Positions 47,368-56,515 of a stretch of DNA of 64,000 nt are shown here, in pieces. Made by a program: the position numbers and the translations under genes. The notes under the pieces were generated by a model. It was not told where the DNA came from. It saw only the letters and a program-made list of their open reading frames with translations, and did not search any database. How positions within the stretch are numbered: position 1 is the stretch's first letter; the number at the start of each line of letters is the position of its first letter. The DNA comes from an uncultured Planctomycetales bacterium (GTDB taxonomy: Bacteria; Planctomycetota; UBA1135; CAZZHK01): positions 10,724 to 74,723 of the forward strand of contig CAZZHK010000013.1 of NCBI GenBank assembly GCA_964653725.1. The letters are read 5' to 3'.

Positions 47368-48339
47368 ATGGACGAGCCGAGAGAAGTTCAAGTGCCGGAG
47401 ACCGAGGACCCGGCGGGCGGGCGCCCGTTCTGGAACCTCTTCGTCATCCCCGGGCTCATGGTGGTGACGGCAGTCTCGATCGTCCTGTTCATGAACTGGC
47501 TGGCGGGCTCCTCTCCGCCCGACCACTGGGGCCTGCTGGACACGGTCCGCAACGGCGGCGTCAACGAACGCTGGCAGGCCGCCATGGAACTCAGCAGGCG
47601 GCTGGGCGGCACGACCCACGAGGAGCTCGTGGAGGAACTTCAGCCCCTGCCGGCGCGGCACGCCGGTGCGGCTGGCGACCCGGTCGAGCGGTTTGGCGGG
47701 GAGGTCCTCGACCTGCTGCGCGCCTCGGACTCCAGGGACGGGAACTTTCAGGCGTTCCTGGTGGCGACGCTCGGATTGCTGCGTTCAGGGGACTCGGTGG
47801 GGACCCTTCTCGAGGTGCTGGAGAAGCCGCCGGGCCTGAACGACGAACAGAAGGGCCTGTGCCGGATCCAGGCGGTCCGCGCCCTGGGCCTGATCGGGGA
47901 TCCGGTCGCCGCGCCCGCCCTGCTGCCGCTGGTCGACGGACGGGATACTGCCCTTGGGCTGATGGCCCTGGCAGCCGCAGGGGGTCTCAGGACGGCGGAA
48001 GGCGGCCTGGTTCCCGAGGCGGAAGAGGCCTTGCGGCGCGCCCTGTCAGCGGCCTCCGTCGAACGCAGGTTCACCGCCGCGCTCAACCTCGCCGAAGTGC
48101 AGGACGCTGCGGCGCGCCCGGTCCTGGTACGGATGCTGGACCGTGCCTCCTTTGTCCGCGGTGACGGCAGCCCCTTCCATCAGGACCAGGTGGCGGATTC
48201 GCTTGTGCGGGCCGTCCAGCTGCTGACGCTCTACGGACCTGACGAGGAGGAGCGGCTGGCGATCACGGCACTGGGCCGGACGGACCCCAACGACAGGGTG
48301 CGCAGGGCTGCCATGAAGGCGCTGGGCTCCGGGTCCTGA
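47368..48339 (+). CDS. HEAT-repeat protein with an N-terminal transmembrane anchor
   Basis: FWNLFVIPGLMVVTAVSIVLF TM. Repeated VRALGLIGDPVAAPALLPLV / RVRRAAMKALG HEAT (PBS-lyase-like) units. Confidence 0.65.
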   Translation: MDEPREVQVPETEDPAGGRPFWNLFVIPGLMVVTAVSIVLFMNWLAGSSPPDHWGLLDTVRNGGVNERWQAAMELSRRLGGTTHEELVEELQPLPARHAGAAGDPVERFGGEVLDLLRASDSRDGNFQAFLVATLGLLRSGDSVGTLLEVLEKPPGLNDEQKGLCRIQAVRALGLIGDPVAAPALLPLVDGRDTALGLMALAAAGGLRTAEGGLVPEAEEALRRALSAASVERRFTAALNLAEVQDAAARPVLVRMLDRASFVRGDGSPFHQDQVADSLVRAVQLLTLYGPDEEERLAITALGRTDPNDRVRRAAMKALGSGS

Positions 48340-48342
48340 ACC

Positions 48343-48370
48343 GTTGACTTGAGGGCGCGCGGTTCTATCC
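48343..48370 (+). promoter_or_regulatory. Candidate sigma70-like promoter upstream of the Rieske gene
   Basis: TTGACT-N16-TATCCT, 45 nt upstream of ATG 48415, in the 75-bp gap after the HEAT gene. Sequence match only. Confidence 0.3.
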
Positions 48371-48414
48371 TGCTCGTCGAGTATGTCCACAGCCGGGACA
48401 ACTCCTAACTCGCG

Positions 48415-48966
48415 ATGACCGAAGAGAAGAAGAAGCAGCCCGAACGGACCGCTGAACGGGAGGGCTTTCTGCCCGACCCGGACCGACGCGGCGTCCTGAA
48501 ATGGATGGCCGCAGGCTGGACCGTGTTCACCGCCGCCAGCCTTGGAGGGATCGGCGTGATGGTCCGTTTCCTGTTCCCCAACGTCCTCTACGAGCCCGCC
48601 CAGGTATTCAAGGCCGGCTCCCCCGACGACTTCATCGTCGGTGCGGTGGACCAGCGCTTCAAGGACAAGTACGCCACCTGGATCGTGCGGGAACCGCGGG
48701 GCTTCTATGCCTTGTCGACCACATGCACCCATCTGGGCTGCACCCCTAACTGGCTCCAGGGCGACCAGAAGTTCAAGTGCCCCTGCCACGGTTCGGGGTT
48801 CATGATCACGGGCATCAACTTCGAGGGGCCGGCGCCGCGGCCGCTCGAGCGCTGGAAGATCGGTCTGGCCGAGGACGGCCAGCTGCTGGTGGACAAGACG
48901 GTCAAGTTCCAGCAGGAAAAGGGCGAATGGGCCAAGCCCGACTCTTACCTCGAGTACATGGCCTGA
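48415..48966 (+). CDS. Rieske [2Fe-2S] subunit of a cytochrome bc/b6f-type complex
   Basis: Twin-Arg-like DRRGVLKWMAAG, plus CTHLGC...CPCHGSGF cluster-binding boxes. Confidence 0.9.
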   Translation: MTEEKKKQPERTAEREGFLPDPDRRGVLKWMAAGWTVFTAASLGGIGVMVRFLFPNVLYEPAQVFKAGSPDDFIVGAVDQRFKDKYATWIVREPRGFYALSTTCTHLGCTPNWLQGDQKFKCPCHGSGFMITGINFEGPAPRPLERWKIGLAEDGQLLVDKTVKFQQEKGEWAKPDSYLEYMA

Positions 48967-48970
48967 CGCG

Positions 48971-49747
48971 ATGGGCAAGATGATCACGTGGCTCAGAGGG
49001 ACGCAGGTCTGGAAGTCCATCTTCCGGCACGGCCCGCCCAACACGCCGCGCAACCGCGCCCTGATCTCGCTCTCCAACCTGTTTCTCCACCTTCACCCGG
49101 TGAAGATGCGCCGCAGCGGCATCCGCATCTCCTACACGTGGTGCGCTGGCGGCCTGACCTTCTTCCTGTTCATCGTCGAGACGGTGACCGGGCTGCTGCT
49201 GATGTTCTACTACCGGCCGACCGGCGCCTTCGCCTACTCGGACATCCAGGCGCTCGGCGCCCACGTGCCGCTCGGCGTCATGCGCGAGATGCACCGCTGG
49301 GGCGCGCACCTGATGGTGATCGCGGTCTGGCTGCACATGTACCGCGTGTTCCTGACCGGGGCCTACAAGAAGCCGAGAGAGTTCAACTGGAACATCGGCG
49401 TCATCCTGCTGGTCATCACTCTGCTGCTGTCCTTCACCGGCTATCTGCTGCCGTGGGACCAGTTGGCGATCTGGGCCATCACCGTGGGCACCAACATGGC
49501 GCGCGCCACGCCGTTCCTGGGACACGAGGGCCCCGGCGCCTCGCTGCTGACGATGGGCGGGCTCAATCTGGTCCACGCCGGGGACGATGTCCGTTTCGGC
49601 CTGCTTGCCAGCCGCTTCGTCGGCGAGGCCAGCCTGCTCCGCTTCTACGTCCTGCACTGCGTCGCCATCCCCCTGGGGGCGGCCACCCTGATGGCCATCC
49701 ACTTCTGGAGAATCCGGAAGGACGGCGGAATCTCGGGAGCGCTCTAG
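48971..49747 (+). CDS. Cytochrome b, N-terminal (b6-like) subunit
   Basis: SNLFLHLHP, REMHRWGAHLMV, FTGYLLPWDQLAIWA: the four-helix haem-b domain with conserved His pairs. Confidence 0.9.
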   Translation: MGKMITWLRGTQVWKSIFRHGPPNTPRNRALISLSNLFLHLHPVKMRRSGIRISYTWCAGGLTFFLFIVETVTGLLLMFYYRPTGAFAYSDIQALGAHVPLGVMREMHRWGAHLMVIAVWLHMYRVFLTGAYKKPREFNWNIGVILLVITLLLSFTGYLLPWDQLAIWAITVGTNMARATPFLGHEGPGASLLTMGGLNLVHAGDDVRFGLLASRFVGEASLLRFYVLHCVAIPLGAATLMAIHFWRIRKDGGISGAL

Positions 49748-50830
49748 ATGCCCGAGAGCATCAAGGCCCTCATCGACCAGTTGGCGTCGCCGACCACGGT
49801 CATCGTGCTGTCGTCCGTGCTGCTGTTCGCGCTGCTGCGCTTCCGCAACATTTTTGCCAGCGTGCCCTTCGGGGTCATCTCGCTGACCGCCTTTGTCGGG
49901 TTCTACGTCTTGTCGATGGCGGACGAGGACTTCCGCCTGATGGCGACGAAGGGCGACAACATTCCGATCCCGATCATGCTGCTGCTGCTCGGTGCCAGCA
50001 CCTGGGTGGCGTTCCGGGAGATGAAGCGCACCGACGACGCGGTGGACGCCGGCGAGACACCGCGCTGCGTCGTGGAGGGTCGGCAGAAGGTCTTCGTCTG
50101 GCCCGACCTGGTCTACATCGAGCTCATCGCCGCGGTCCTGGTGGGCGCCTTCCTGACCGCCTGGTCGGTCGGGATCGACGCCCCGCTAGAGCAGCCCGCC
50201 TCGCCCACCAACAGCCCCAACCCGTCAAAGGCGCCGTGGTACTTCCTGGGCCTTCAGGAGATGCTGGTCTACTTCGACCCCTGGCTGGCCGGCGTGGTGT
50301 TTCCGACCTTCATCCTGGTCGGCCTGATGGCGATTCCCTACCTCGACACCAATCCGAAGGGCAACGGCTACTACACCTTCAAGGAACGGCCGTTCGCGAT
50401 CGGCTTCTTCCTGTACGGCTTCATCATCCTTTGGGTGGTGCTGATCATCATGGGCACCTTCCTGAGGGGGCCCAACTGGAACTTCTTCGGACCCTACGAG
50501 TACTGGGATCCGCACATCTCCGTGCCGCTGGTGAACGTGAACCTGTCCGAGTTCTTCTGGCTCCGGTGGCTCGATAGGCCGCTGCCCGGCAGCATCCTGC
50601 TGCGTGAAGCGCCCGGCATCCTGATCACCCTGGGCTACTTCGTGGCGGGGCCTGCGATCATGCAGTACACCCTCTTCAAGAAGTACGCCGAGAAGATGGG
50701 GCCCGTCCGGTTCGCGATCTTCGCGATCCTCTTCCTCTGCATGGTCAGCCTGCTGATCAAGATGGTCCTGCGGTGGGCGTTCAACCTGAAGTACATCATC
50801 GCGATCCCAGAGTTCTTCCTGAACGTCTGA
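49748..50830 (+). CDS. Cytochrome b C-terminal / subunit-IV-like subunit with extra helices
   Basis: PNPSKAPWYFLGLQEMLVYF (PEWY-type Qo motif region). Multiple TM helices; 360 aa, longer than a classical subunit IV. Confidence 0.8.
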   Translation: MPESIKALIDQLASPTTVIVLSSVLLFALLRFRNIFASVPFGVISLTAFVGFYVLSMADEDFRLMATKGDNIPIPIMLLLLGASTWVAFREMKRTDDAVDAGETPRCVVEGRQKVFVWPDLVYIELIAAVLVGAFLTAWSVGIDAPLEQPASPTNSPNPSKAPWYFLGLQEMLVYFDPWLAGVVFPTFILVGLMAIPYLDTNPKGNGYYTFKERPFAIGFFLYGFIILWVVLIIMGTFLRGPNWNFFGPYEYWDPHISVPLVNVNLSEFFWLRWLDRPLPGSILLREAPGILITLGYFVAGPAIMQYTLFKKYAEKMGPVRFAIFAILFLCMVSLLIKMVLRWAFNLKYIIAIPEFFLNV

Positions 50831-53800
50831 TGGCCGATCCCGAAACCCCCAAGCCCGCGCCGGACGCGGTCGCACCGGACGAGGCCCCTGAGCCTGTCTG
50901 GGACCACGCGTCCTACCACTACAACATTCCTCGCCTGCACATGTGGTTCACGGTGGTGAGCCTGGGCCTGCTGGCGACGGTCGGCTGGATGGTGGTGGAC
51001 GACTACGAACGGGAGTGGAAGGTCTATCAGCGCGAGTTCGCGTCGCTCCGGGTCGCGCAGACGCTGGCCGCACAGGCTTCGATCGAGACCGAGGACTTCA
51101 CCGCCCGCGAGGCCGATTTGTCGGCCGCCGTCGAGGCCGCCCAGGCCTCGTTGGATGCCAGGGGCGACGAACTGGAAACACTCGACGAGCAGATTTCGGT
51201 GGCCTTCGGCGAGTGGCAGAACGCCGACATGGACATGAAGTTCGCCAAGGCGGAATTCGTCTCCTACCGCTACGACATCGAGGGTGCGATCCACCGGGCC
51301 GAAGTCGACGGAGACGTCGATGCCGTTGCCCAACAGAGGGCCCGGCTCGCGTCGCTGGAGGCGGACATGGGCTCGGCACGGGCCGTCTACGAGGAGGTCG
51401 ACGCTCGCCACCGGGCCCTGACCAGTGAACGTGCCGTCATGACGGCGGATCTGGACACGGCGACTTCCGCTCTCTCTGCCGCCACGCGCGAGCGGGACCG
51501 GCTGGCGGCCCTTGCGGTCTCGATGGAGCGCGCCGGGCCCATGGCGCTGCTCGACGCACCGATGCTCGATTTCATCCAGCCCTCCCTCAAGGTCCAGAAG
51601 CAGGTCCTGCCCCATCTGCCGGTCAACCTGAATTTCGTGACCGCCGACCGGATCGACATGTGCACCACCTGCCACATTGCGGCCGACAAGGGCGGCTTCG
51701 AGGACGGCGCGCAGCCGCTCGTCAGCCACCCGCGCCTCGACTTGTTCCTGAAGGACGGGACTCCGCACCCCCTGAGTGCCACCGGCTGCACCGTCTGCCA
51801 CGACGGCCGCGGCGAGGGCCTGTCGTTCCAGACCACCAGCCACACCCCGGCCAACGGAGAGGTCTGGGAGGACTGGCACCACGACTACGGCTTCCATCCC
51901 GACCACTACTGGGACCTGCCGATGCTGCCGCTCGACCGCGTCGAATCATCCTGCTACCAGTGCCACGAGGGGCAGATCGATCTGATCGCGGACGACGCTC
52001 CTAGACTGGCGGAGGGCGCCTACCTGGTGGAGCGGATGGGCTGCTGGTCGTGCCACGACATCAAGGGCTTCCAGGACGGTCTGATGAGGGTCGGTCCCGA
52101 CCTGGCGACGATCGCCTCCAAGACCAGCGCCGACTGGATTGCCGGATGGCTGCGCGATCCGCGCCAGTTCCGGCCCTCCACGCGGATGCCTTCCTTCTTC
52201 CACCTCTCCAACTACCAGGACGAGGGAGGCGCGGAGCGGCAGGACGTCACGGTTGCGGCGATCACGTCCTTTCTGACCGGCGTCTCGGAGATGCCATCCC
52301 TGGATCCGGTGCCGGTGGGCGACGCGGTCCACGGTGCCGAACTGTTCGAGGTGGTCGGTTGCCAGGGCTGCCACACGGCTGCGGGCGGCGTGACTGACGC
52401 CGACTTCGGACCCGCACTGGACGGCGTCGCCAGCAAGGTCGCTCCTGAATACCTCTACGCATGGATCCGCGATCCGGTGGCCTTCAACGCCGAGACCCGC
52501 ATGCCGAGCCTGCGGCTCACCGAACAGGAGGCGGCGGACATCGTCGCGCACCTGACCTCCGATCCGGTCTTCACCGCCATCCCAGACGGGTTCGAGCCGG
52601 GCGTCCCGGAAGTGGACGGGGATCTGCTGGCGGACATGGCGCTCACCGTGCTGCAGTCGAGCCTGACGGCCGAGGAGGCGCAATCGGTGGTCGCCGACCA
52701 GCAGGCGGCGGGCACCCTGCTGCCGTACTTCGGCGAGAAGATGATCTCCCAGTCCGGCTGCTTCAGCTGCCACAACATCCCCGGCTTCGAGAATGCCCAG
52801 AAGATCGGGACCGAACTGACCGAGTGGGCGTCCAAGGACGTGACCAAGCTCGACTTCTCGTTCCTCGAGCCCGGCGTGGTGGTCGAGCGAGACAAGGGGG
52901 AAATCACCCACTCCCGGTGGGAGTGGCTGCAGGAGAAGATCAAGGACCCGCGCGTCTTCGACCACGGCCGCGAGAAGCCCGACCACGAGCGTCTGCGTAT
53001 GCCGCTGTTCAACCTGGACGCTGACCAGCAGGACGCGATCGCGACCTTCGTTCTGGGTCTGAAGAAGAACCTGGTCACCGAACAGGGGCGGGCCAACCTC
53101 AATCCCGAGAAGCAGGCTCTCGCCGACGGTCTGGCGGCGATCCGCCGGGCCAACTGCCAGGGCTGCCATGTGTTCGAGGAGGAGGCCCTGGCCTTCACTG
53201 GCAGCGACGGCCACCCGCGCCTCCTGACCGGCCGCGTCTTCGTGGACGAGGACGAGGAGGAGATCTGGATCAGCCTGTGGCGTGACGCCCAGGGCTTCGG
53301 AGGCGTGTCCCAGAATGCCTTCGTCGAGGACCTCGATTACGAGGACCACGGTGAGGCGATCCTGGACGGCGCAGGCCCCTATGTGGCCGCCTGGGGAGGC
53401 GAGCTGTTCCCGGCCATCGAGCGCGCCTATGCCAAGGGCGTGGGAGGCCTGTCCGCGGCGGGCGACAAGGCCCGTTCCTTCGCTCCGCCGGTCCTTGCCG
53501 ACCAGGGGCGCAAGACGCAGACCGCATGGCTGTTCGAGTTCCTGAAGGGGCCGTGGTCCCTGCGCCCATGGCTGATGGCTCGGATGCCGACCTTCGGCTT
53601 CACCGATGCGCAGGCCAAGACCATCGTTGACGGATTGACCGCGATGGCGATCCGCGACTACCCGCGCCGGCTGCTGGGCGCCGTCCAGGTGGAGCGCGAC
53701 ATGTCCTTCGAGGATGTGGCCCGGGCCTCCGGCCTGCATGTGGACACGGTGGCGCGCATTGCGTCGGGGGGACTTGCGTCTGATGTCGCCCGCGAGAAGC

Positions 53801-54240
53801 TGCTGGCCATGTGCGCCGACCTCGGTGTCGACCCGGACGCCCTTATCGGTCCGGCCCCCGCACTGGGCGGCTTCGGCCTGGTGGACGAACGCCGGCGCGA
53901 ATACCTGGCAGCCCACGGGCAGCGTATGAATGCCGGCCGCGACCTGTTCGAGAACGAGGACATCGCCTGCCTCAAGTGCCACATCCGAGGCGCCGTACTG
54001 CCCGAGGGCAGCCCGGAGGGCTGGGGCCCGGACCTCGAGATGGCCAGCCGGCGCCTGCAGCCCGACTGGATCCGCCGCTGGATCACCGATCCGCAGCAGG
54101 TCCTGCCCGGCACCAAGATGCCCACCCTGTTTCCGGAAGGCACGGAGGTCTTCCAGGACATCTACGCTGCGCCCCGACCCGAACAGGTCGGCGCCATCAA
54201 GGACCATTTGCTGAACCTCGACCGAAAGACGTCGAACTGA
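50830..54240 (+). CDS. Membrane-anchored octahaem c-type cytochrome (1136 aa)
   Basis: Eight CXXCH motifs (CTTCH, CTVCH, CYQCH, CWSCH, CQGCH, CFSCH, CQGCH, CLKCH). One N-terminal TM (MWFTVVSLGLLATVGWMVV) followed by a long Ala/Glu/Arg-rich helical region. ATG overlaps the previous stop (TGATG). Confidence 0.85.
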   Translation: MADPETPKPAPDAVAPDEAPEPVWDHASYHYNIPRLHMWFTVVSLGLLATVGWMVVDDYEREWKVYQREFASLRVAQTLAAQASIETEDFTAREADLSAAVEAAQASLDARGDELETLDEQISVAFGEWQNADMDMKFAKAEFVSYRYDIEGAIHRAEVDGDVDAVAQQRARLASLEADMGSARAVYEEVDARHRALTSERAVMTADLDTATSALSAATRERDRLAALAVSMERAGPMALLDAPMLDFIQPSLKVQKQVLPHLPVNLNFVTADRIDMCTTCHIAADKGGFEDGAQPLVSHPRLDLFLKDGTPHPLSATGCTVCHDGRGEGLSFQTTSHTPANGEVWEDWHHDYGFHPDHYWDLPMLPLDRVESSCYQCHEGQIDLIADDAPRLAEGAYLVERMGCWSCHDIKGFQDGLMRVGPDLATIASKTSADWIAGWLRDPRQFRPSTRMPSFFHLSNYQDEGGAERQDVTVAAITSFLTGVSEMPSLDPVPVGDAVHGAELFEVVGCQGCHTAAGGVTDADFGPALDGVASKVAPEYLYAWIRDPVAFNAETRMPSLRLTEQEAADIVAHLTSDPVFTAIPDGFEPGVPEVDGDLLADMALTVLQSSLTAEEAQSVVADQQAAGTLLPYFGEKMISQSGCFSCHNIPGFENAQKIGTELTEWASKDVTKLDFSFLEPGVVVERDKGEITHSRWEWLQEKIKDPRVFDHGREKPDHERLRMPLFNLDADQQDAIATFVLGLKKNLVTEQGRANLNPEKQALADGLAAIRRANCQGCHVFEEEALAFTGSDGHPRLLTGRVFVDEDEEEIWISLWRDAQGFGGVSQNAFVEDLDYEDHGEAILDGAGPYVAAWGGELFPAIERAYAKGVGGLSAAGDKARSFAPPVLADQGRKTQTAWLFEFLKGPWSLRPWLMARMPTFGFTDAQAKTIVDGLTAMAIRDYPRRLLGAVQVERDMSFEDVARASGLHVDTVARIASGGLASDVAREKLLAMCADLGVDPDALIGPAPALGGFGLVDERRREYLAAHGQRMNAGRDLFENEDIACLKCHIRGAVLPEGSPEGWGPDLEMASRRLQPDWIRRWITDPQQVLPGTKMPTLFPEGTEVFQDIYAAPRPEQVGAIKDHLLNLDRKTSN

Positions 54241-54259
54241 CCCCCTGACCCCAAGAGCC

Positions 54260-55012
54260 ATGAAGCACCTCACCCTGTTTTTCCTGTTCCTGGTCGTGCC
54301 CATGCTGGCGGCCTTTTCCTTCCGTGCCGACCAGCCCGTGCTCCCCGAAGGCGGCTCCGTGGCCGGCACCTGCACTCTGGTCCTTGGCGAGGACGAGGAG
54401 CTCCCGGAGCTCGACGAGATCGCCATGGACAAGGACACGGACATCTGCGTCCACGACGGGGGCAACACGACCCTGGCCCGCGACCTGCTGGTCGATCCGG
54501 AGACCCTGGCGGTGACCAACGTCTACGTCAGCATCGAGAAGGTGAAGGACGGCCTCGACCTGGAGGTCCCCGAGGAGCCGCTGGTCCTCGACCAGGTGGC
54601 CTGCCGCTTCGAGCCGCACGTCTCCGTGGTCCCAGCGGGCCAGACGGTTCGCTTCGCCAACTCCGACGACGCCACCCACAACGTGTCGCTGACCGCGCGC
54701 AAGAACGACACCTTCAACGAGGGCATCCCTGCCGCCAAGCACAAGGACTGGGTCTTCAAGAAGTCCGAGAAGGTCGAGATAGCCTGCACGATCCACCCGT
54801 GGATGAAGGCCTATCTGGTCGTCACCGAGCATCCCTACTACTCCCTGACCTTGACGGACGGCAAGTTCCGCATCGACGGGCTGCCGGCAGGCGAATGGCA
54901 GATCCGGGCGTGGCACGAGCGGTTCGGCACATTCTACAAGGACATGGTGACGGTCACGGATGGGGCGGTCGCCGAGGTGAACATCGACGTCCAGGAAAAG
55001 AAGAAGCGCTGA
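54260..55012 (+). CDS. Exported cupredoxin (amicyanin/plastocyanin-like type-1 copper protein) with a C-terminal beta-sandwich-like domain
   Basis: Signal MKHLTLFFLFLVVPMLAA. VRFANSDDATHNV (His) and CTIHPWM (Cys-x2-His-x2-Met) ligand pattern. Confidence 0.75.
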   Translation: MKHLTLFFLFLVVPMLAAFSFRADQPVLPEGGSVAGTCTLVLGEDEELPELDEIAMDKDTDICVHDGGNTTLARDLLVDPETLAVTNVYVSIEKVKDGLDLEVPEEPLVLDQVACRFEPHVSVVPAGQTVRFANSDDATHNVSLTARKNDTFNEGIPAAKHKDWVFKKSEKVEIACTIHPWMKAYLVVTEHPYYSLTLTDGKFRIDGLPAGEWQIRAWHERFGTFYKDMVTVTDGAVAEVNIDVQEKKKR

Positions 55013-55050
55013 TCCGCGTTTGTCGCGGCGATTTTCCGCGCAGGAATTCG

Positions 55051-55118
55051 GAAAGGGAGGGTCTCAACAGATCCTCCCTTTCCGCGTAGAAAGGGAGAGG
55101 GGGACAAGCGTGTCCCCC
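55051..55118 (+). terminator. Two GC-rich stem-loops in the cupredoxin/thioredoxin intergenic region (terminator or attenuator-like)
   Basis: GAAAGGGAGG(55051-60)/CCTCCCTTTC(55073-82) forms a 10-bp stem. GGGGGACA(55099-106)-AGCG-TGTCCCCC(55111-118) forms an 8-bp stem. No clear U-tract. Confidence 0.3.
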
Positions 55119-55140
55119 CATCGGAAATCGGAGGTTCCCC

Positions 55141-56316
55141 ATGTTCCAGTTCCTGCTCGCGCTGTGTGCCGCGCTCGGAGGCGGCTTCCTAGGCATTACT
55201 GCCCATGACACCGACACCGGCCGCGTTGTCGTGGATGCCGCCGTTGCCGGCTCGCCTGCCGCCGCCATCGGCATCCGCTCCGGCGACATCATCGCCTCGG
55301 TGGATGACCACAAGGTGGGTTCGCTGCGCGGGCTGATCGAGATCCTTGACGGATACGAGCCCGGCGACCGGGTCGAGTTGGAGGTGATTCGCGGCGACGC
55401 GCGCCGCTTCTATTCCGTGCGCTTGGACCCGCGGCCTGCCACCGAGAGGGATGGTGGCCCCCCGGGGGTCTTGGAGGCCGACGTCGAGATTCAGGTCGAG
55501 GCCGAACCGGTGACCAAGGGTATTGAGTGGTTCGAGGGCGGATTCGAGAAGGCGCTGGCGAAGGCCAAGAAGAGCGGTCGGCCGCTCATCATCGACTTCT
55601 ATGCTGACTGGTGCGGCCCCTGCCGCGAGATGGACGCAACGACCTTCCAGGATGCAGGCGTTTCCAAACTGTCGCGCAAGTTCATCGCCGTTCGGGTCAA
55701 TGTCGACAACAACTCGGAACTAGCCGACAAGTTCGGCGTCAGTTCCATCCCCGATGTGCGGCTGTTGGATGCAACTGGTAAGCAGATCACGCAGATGACT
55801 GGGTATCGAGAGGCGGACAATTTTGCAGGAGCCCTAAAGAGGGCGCTGGGCGAGAAGAAGGGCGGCAAGAAGAAGGGCCTCCTGGAGCGACGCAGGGAGA
55901 AGAAATCAACGCAGGCAGCGAAGCCTGGGGACGTGGTGTTCGAGTGGGAAGGTCCCTTCGAAGGTGCTGACCTGGAGAAGTTCCTGGAGGGCATCCAGGG
56001 AATGGACCTCGATCTCAGTGACCTTGGCATCGACCTCGAAGAGCTCAAAGGCGGTCATCCGCGAGGCATTATTGTCTCGAAGAAGTTCGCCCATGACGGT
56101 CACGGGGCCGAGGAAGTGGAGGTCGATGTCCAAGTGCAGGGGTCGACGGACCTGCCTACGGGGGCTGAGGGAGTAATCGTGGTCGACACCTCCGGCGGCT
56201 TCATAGAGAGACTCGAGGAGGAGATTGCCAGTCTCAGGAAGGACGTGAGTGTGCTGCGCAAGGAGGTGGCTGGACTCAAGCAGCTGCTCAAGGAGGTCAG
56301 GGGGTTGCTGGACTGA
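55141..56316 (+). CDS. PDZ-domain / thioredoxin-fold (WCGPC) protein with a C-terminal coiled coil
   Basis: Signal/anchor MFQFLLALCAALGGG. PDZ-like GIRSGDIIASVDDHKV. Thioredoxin motif LIIDFYADWCGPCREMD. Heptad-like tail EEEIASLRKDVSVLRKEVAGLKQLL. Confidence 0.8.
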   Translation: MFQFLLALCAALGGGFLGITAHDTDTGRVVVDAAVAGSPAAAIGIRSGDIIASVDDHKVGSLRGLIEILDGYEPGDRVELEVIRGDARRFYSVRLDPRPATERDGGPPGVLEADVEIQVEAEPVTKGIEWFEGGFEKALAKAKKSGRPLIIDFYADWCGPCREMDATTFQDAGVSKLSRKFIAVRVNVDNNSELADKFGVSSIPDVRLLDATGKQITQMTGYREADNFAGALKRALGEKKGGKKKGLLERRREKKSTQAAKPGDVVFEWEGPFEGADLEKFLEGIQGMDLDLSDLGIDLEELKGGHPRGIIVSKKFAHDGHGAEEVEVDVQVQGSTDLPTGAEGVIVVDTSGGFIERLEEEIASLRKDVSVLRKEVAGLKQLLKEVRGLLD

Positions 56317-56515
56317 TTGGCCTTCCCTCCCTGCTGGTTCCGGCGGCGTGGGCGGTCCCCGAGGCGGGGGCCGCTCCGCCCCGTGATCGGGCCGCCCTTG
56401 TTGCCTATGGACGGCTCGGGGACGGTGGAAGCCTCGTCGGTCCATACCGCATCCGTGACGCCGGAACTATGGACCCAATGACCCGTGACACCAACAGACC
56501 TGATAGGATAACGCT

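Noticed and set aside
56317-56515. Possible small gene or ncRNA in the 199-bp gap before the cupredoxin-repeat gene (including the GCGGTCCCC...GGGGCCGC hairpin and GTGACA/TAGGAT promoter-like hexamers).
   Set aside because: The hexamer spacing (13 nt) does not fit a sigma70 promoter, the hairpin lacks a U-tract, and no ORF with an SD is present. It is best left as unannotated intergenic DNA.
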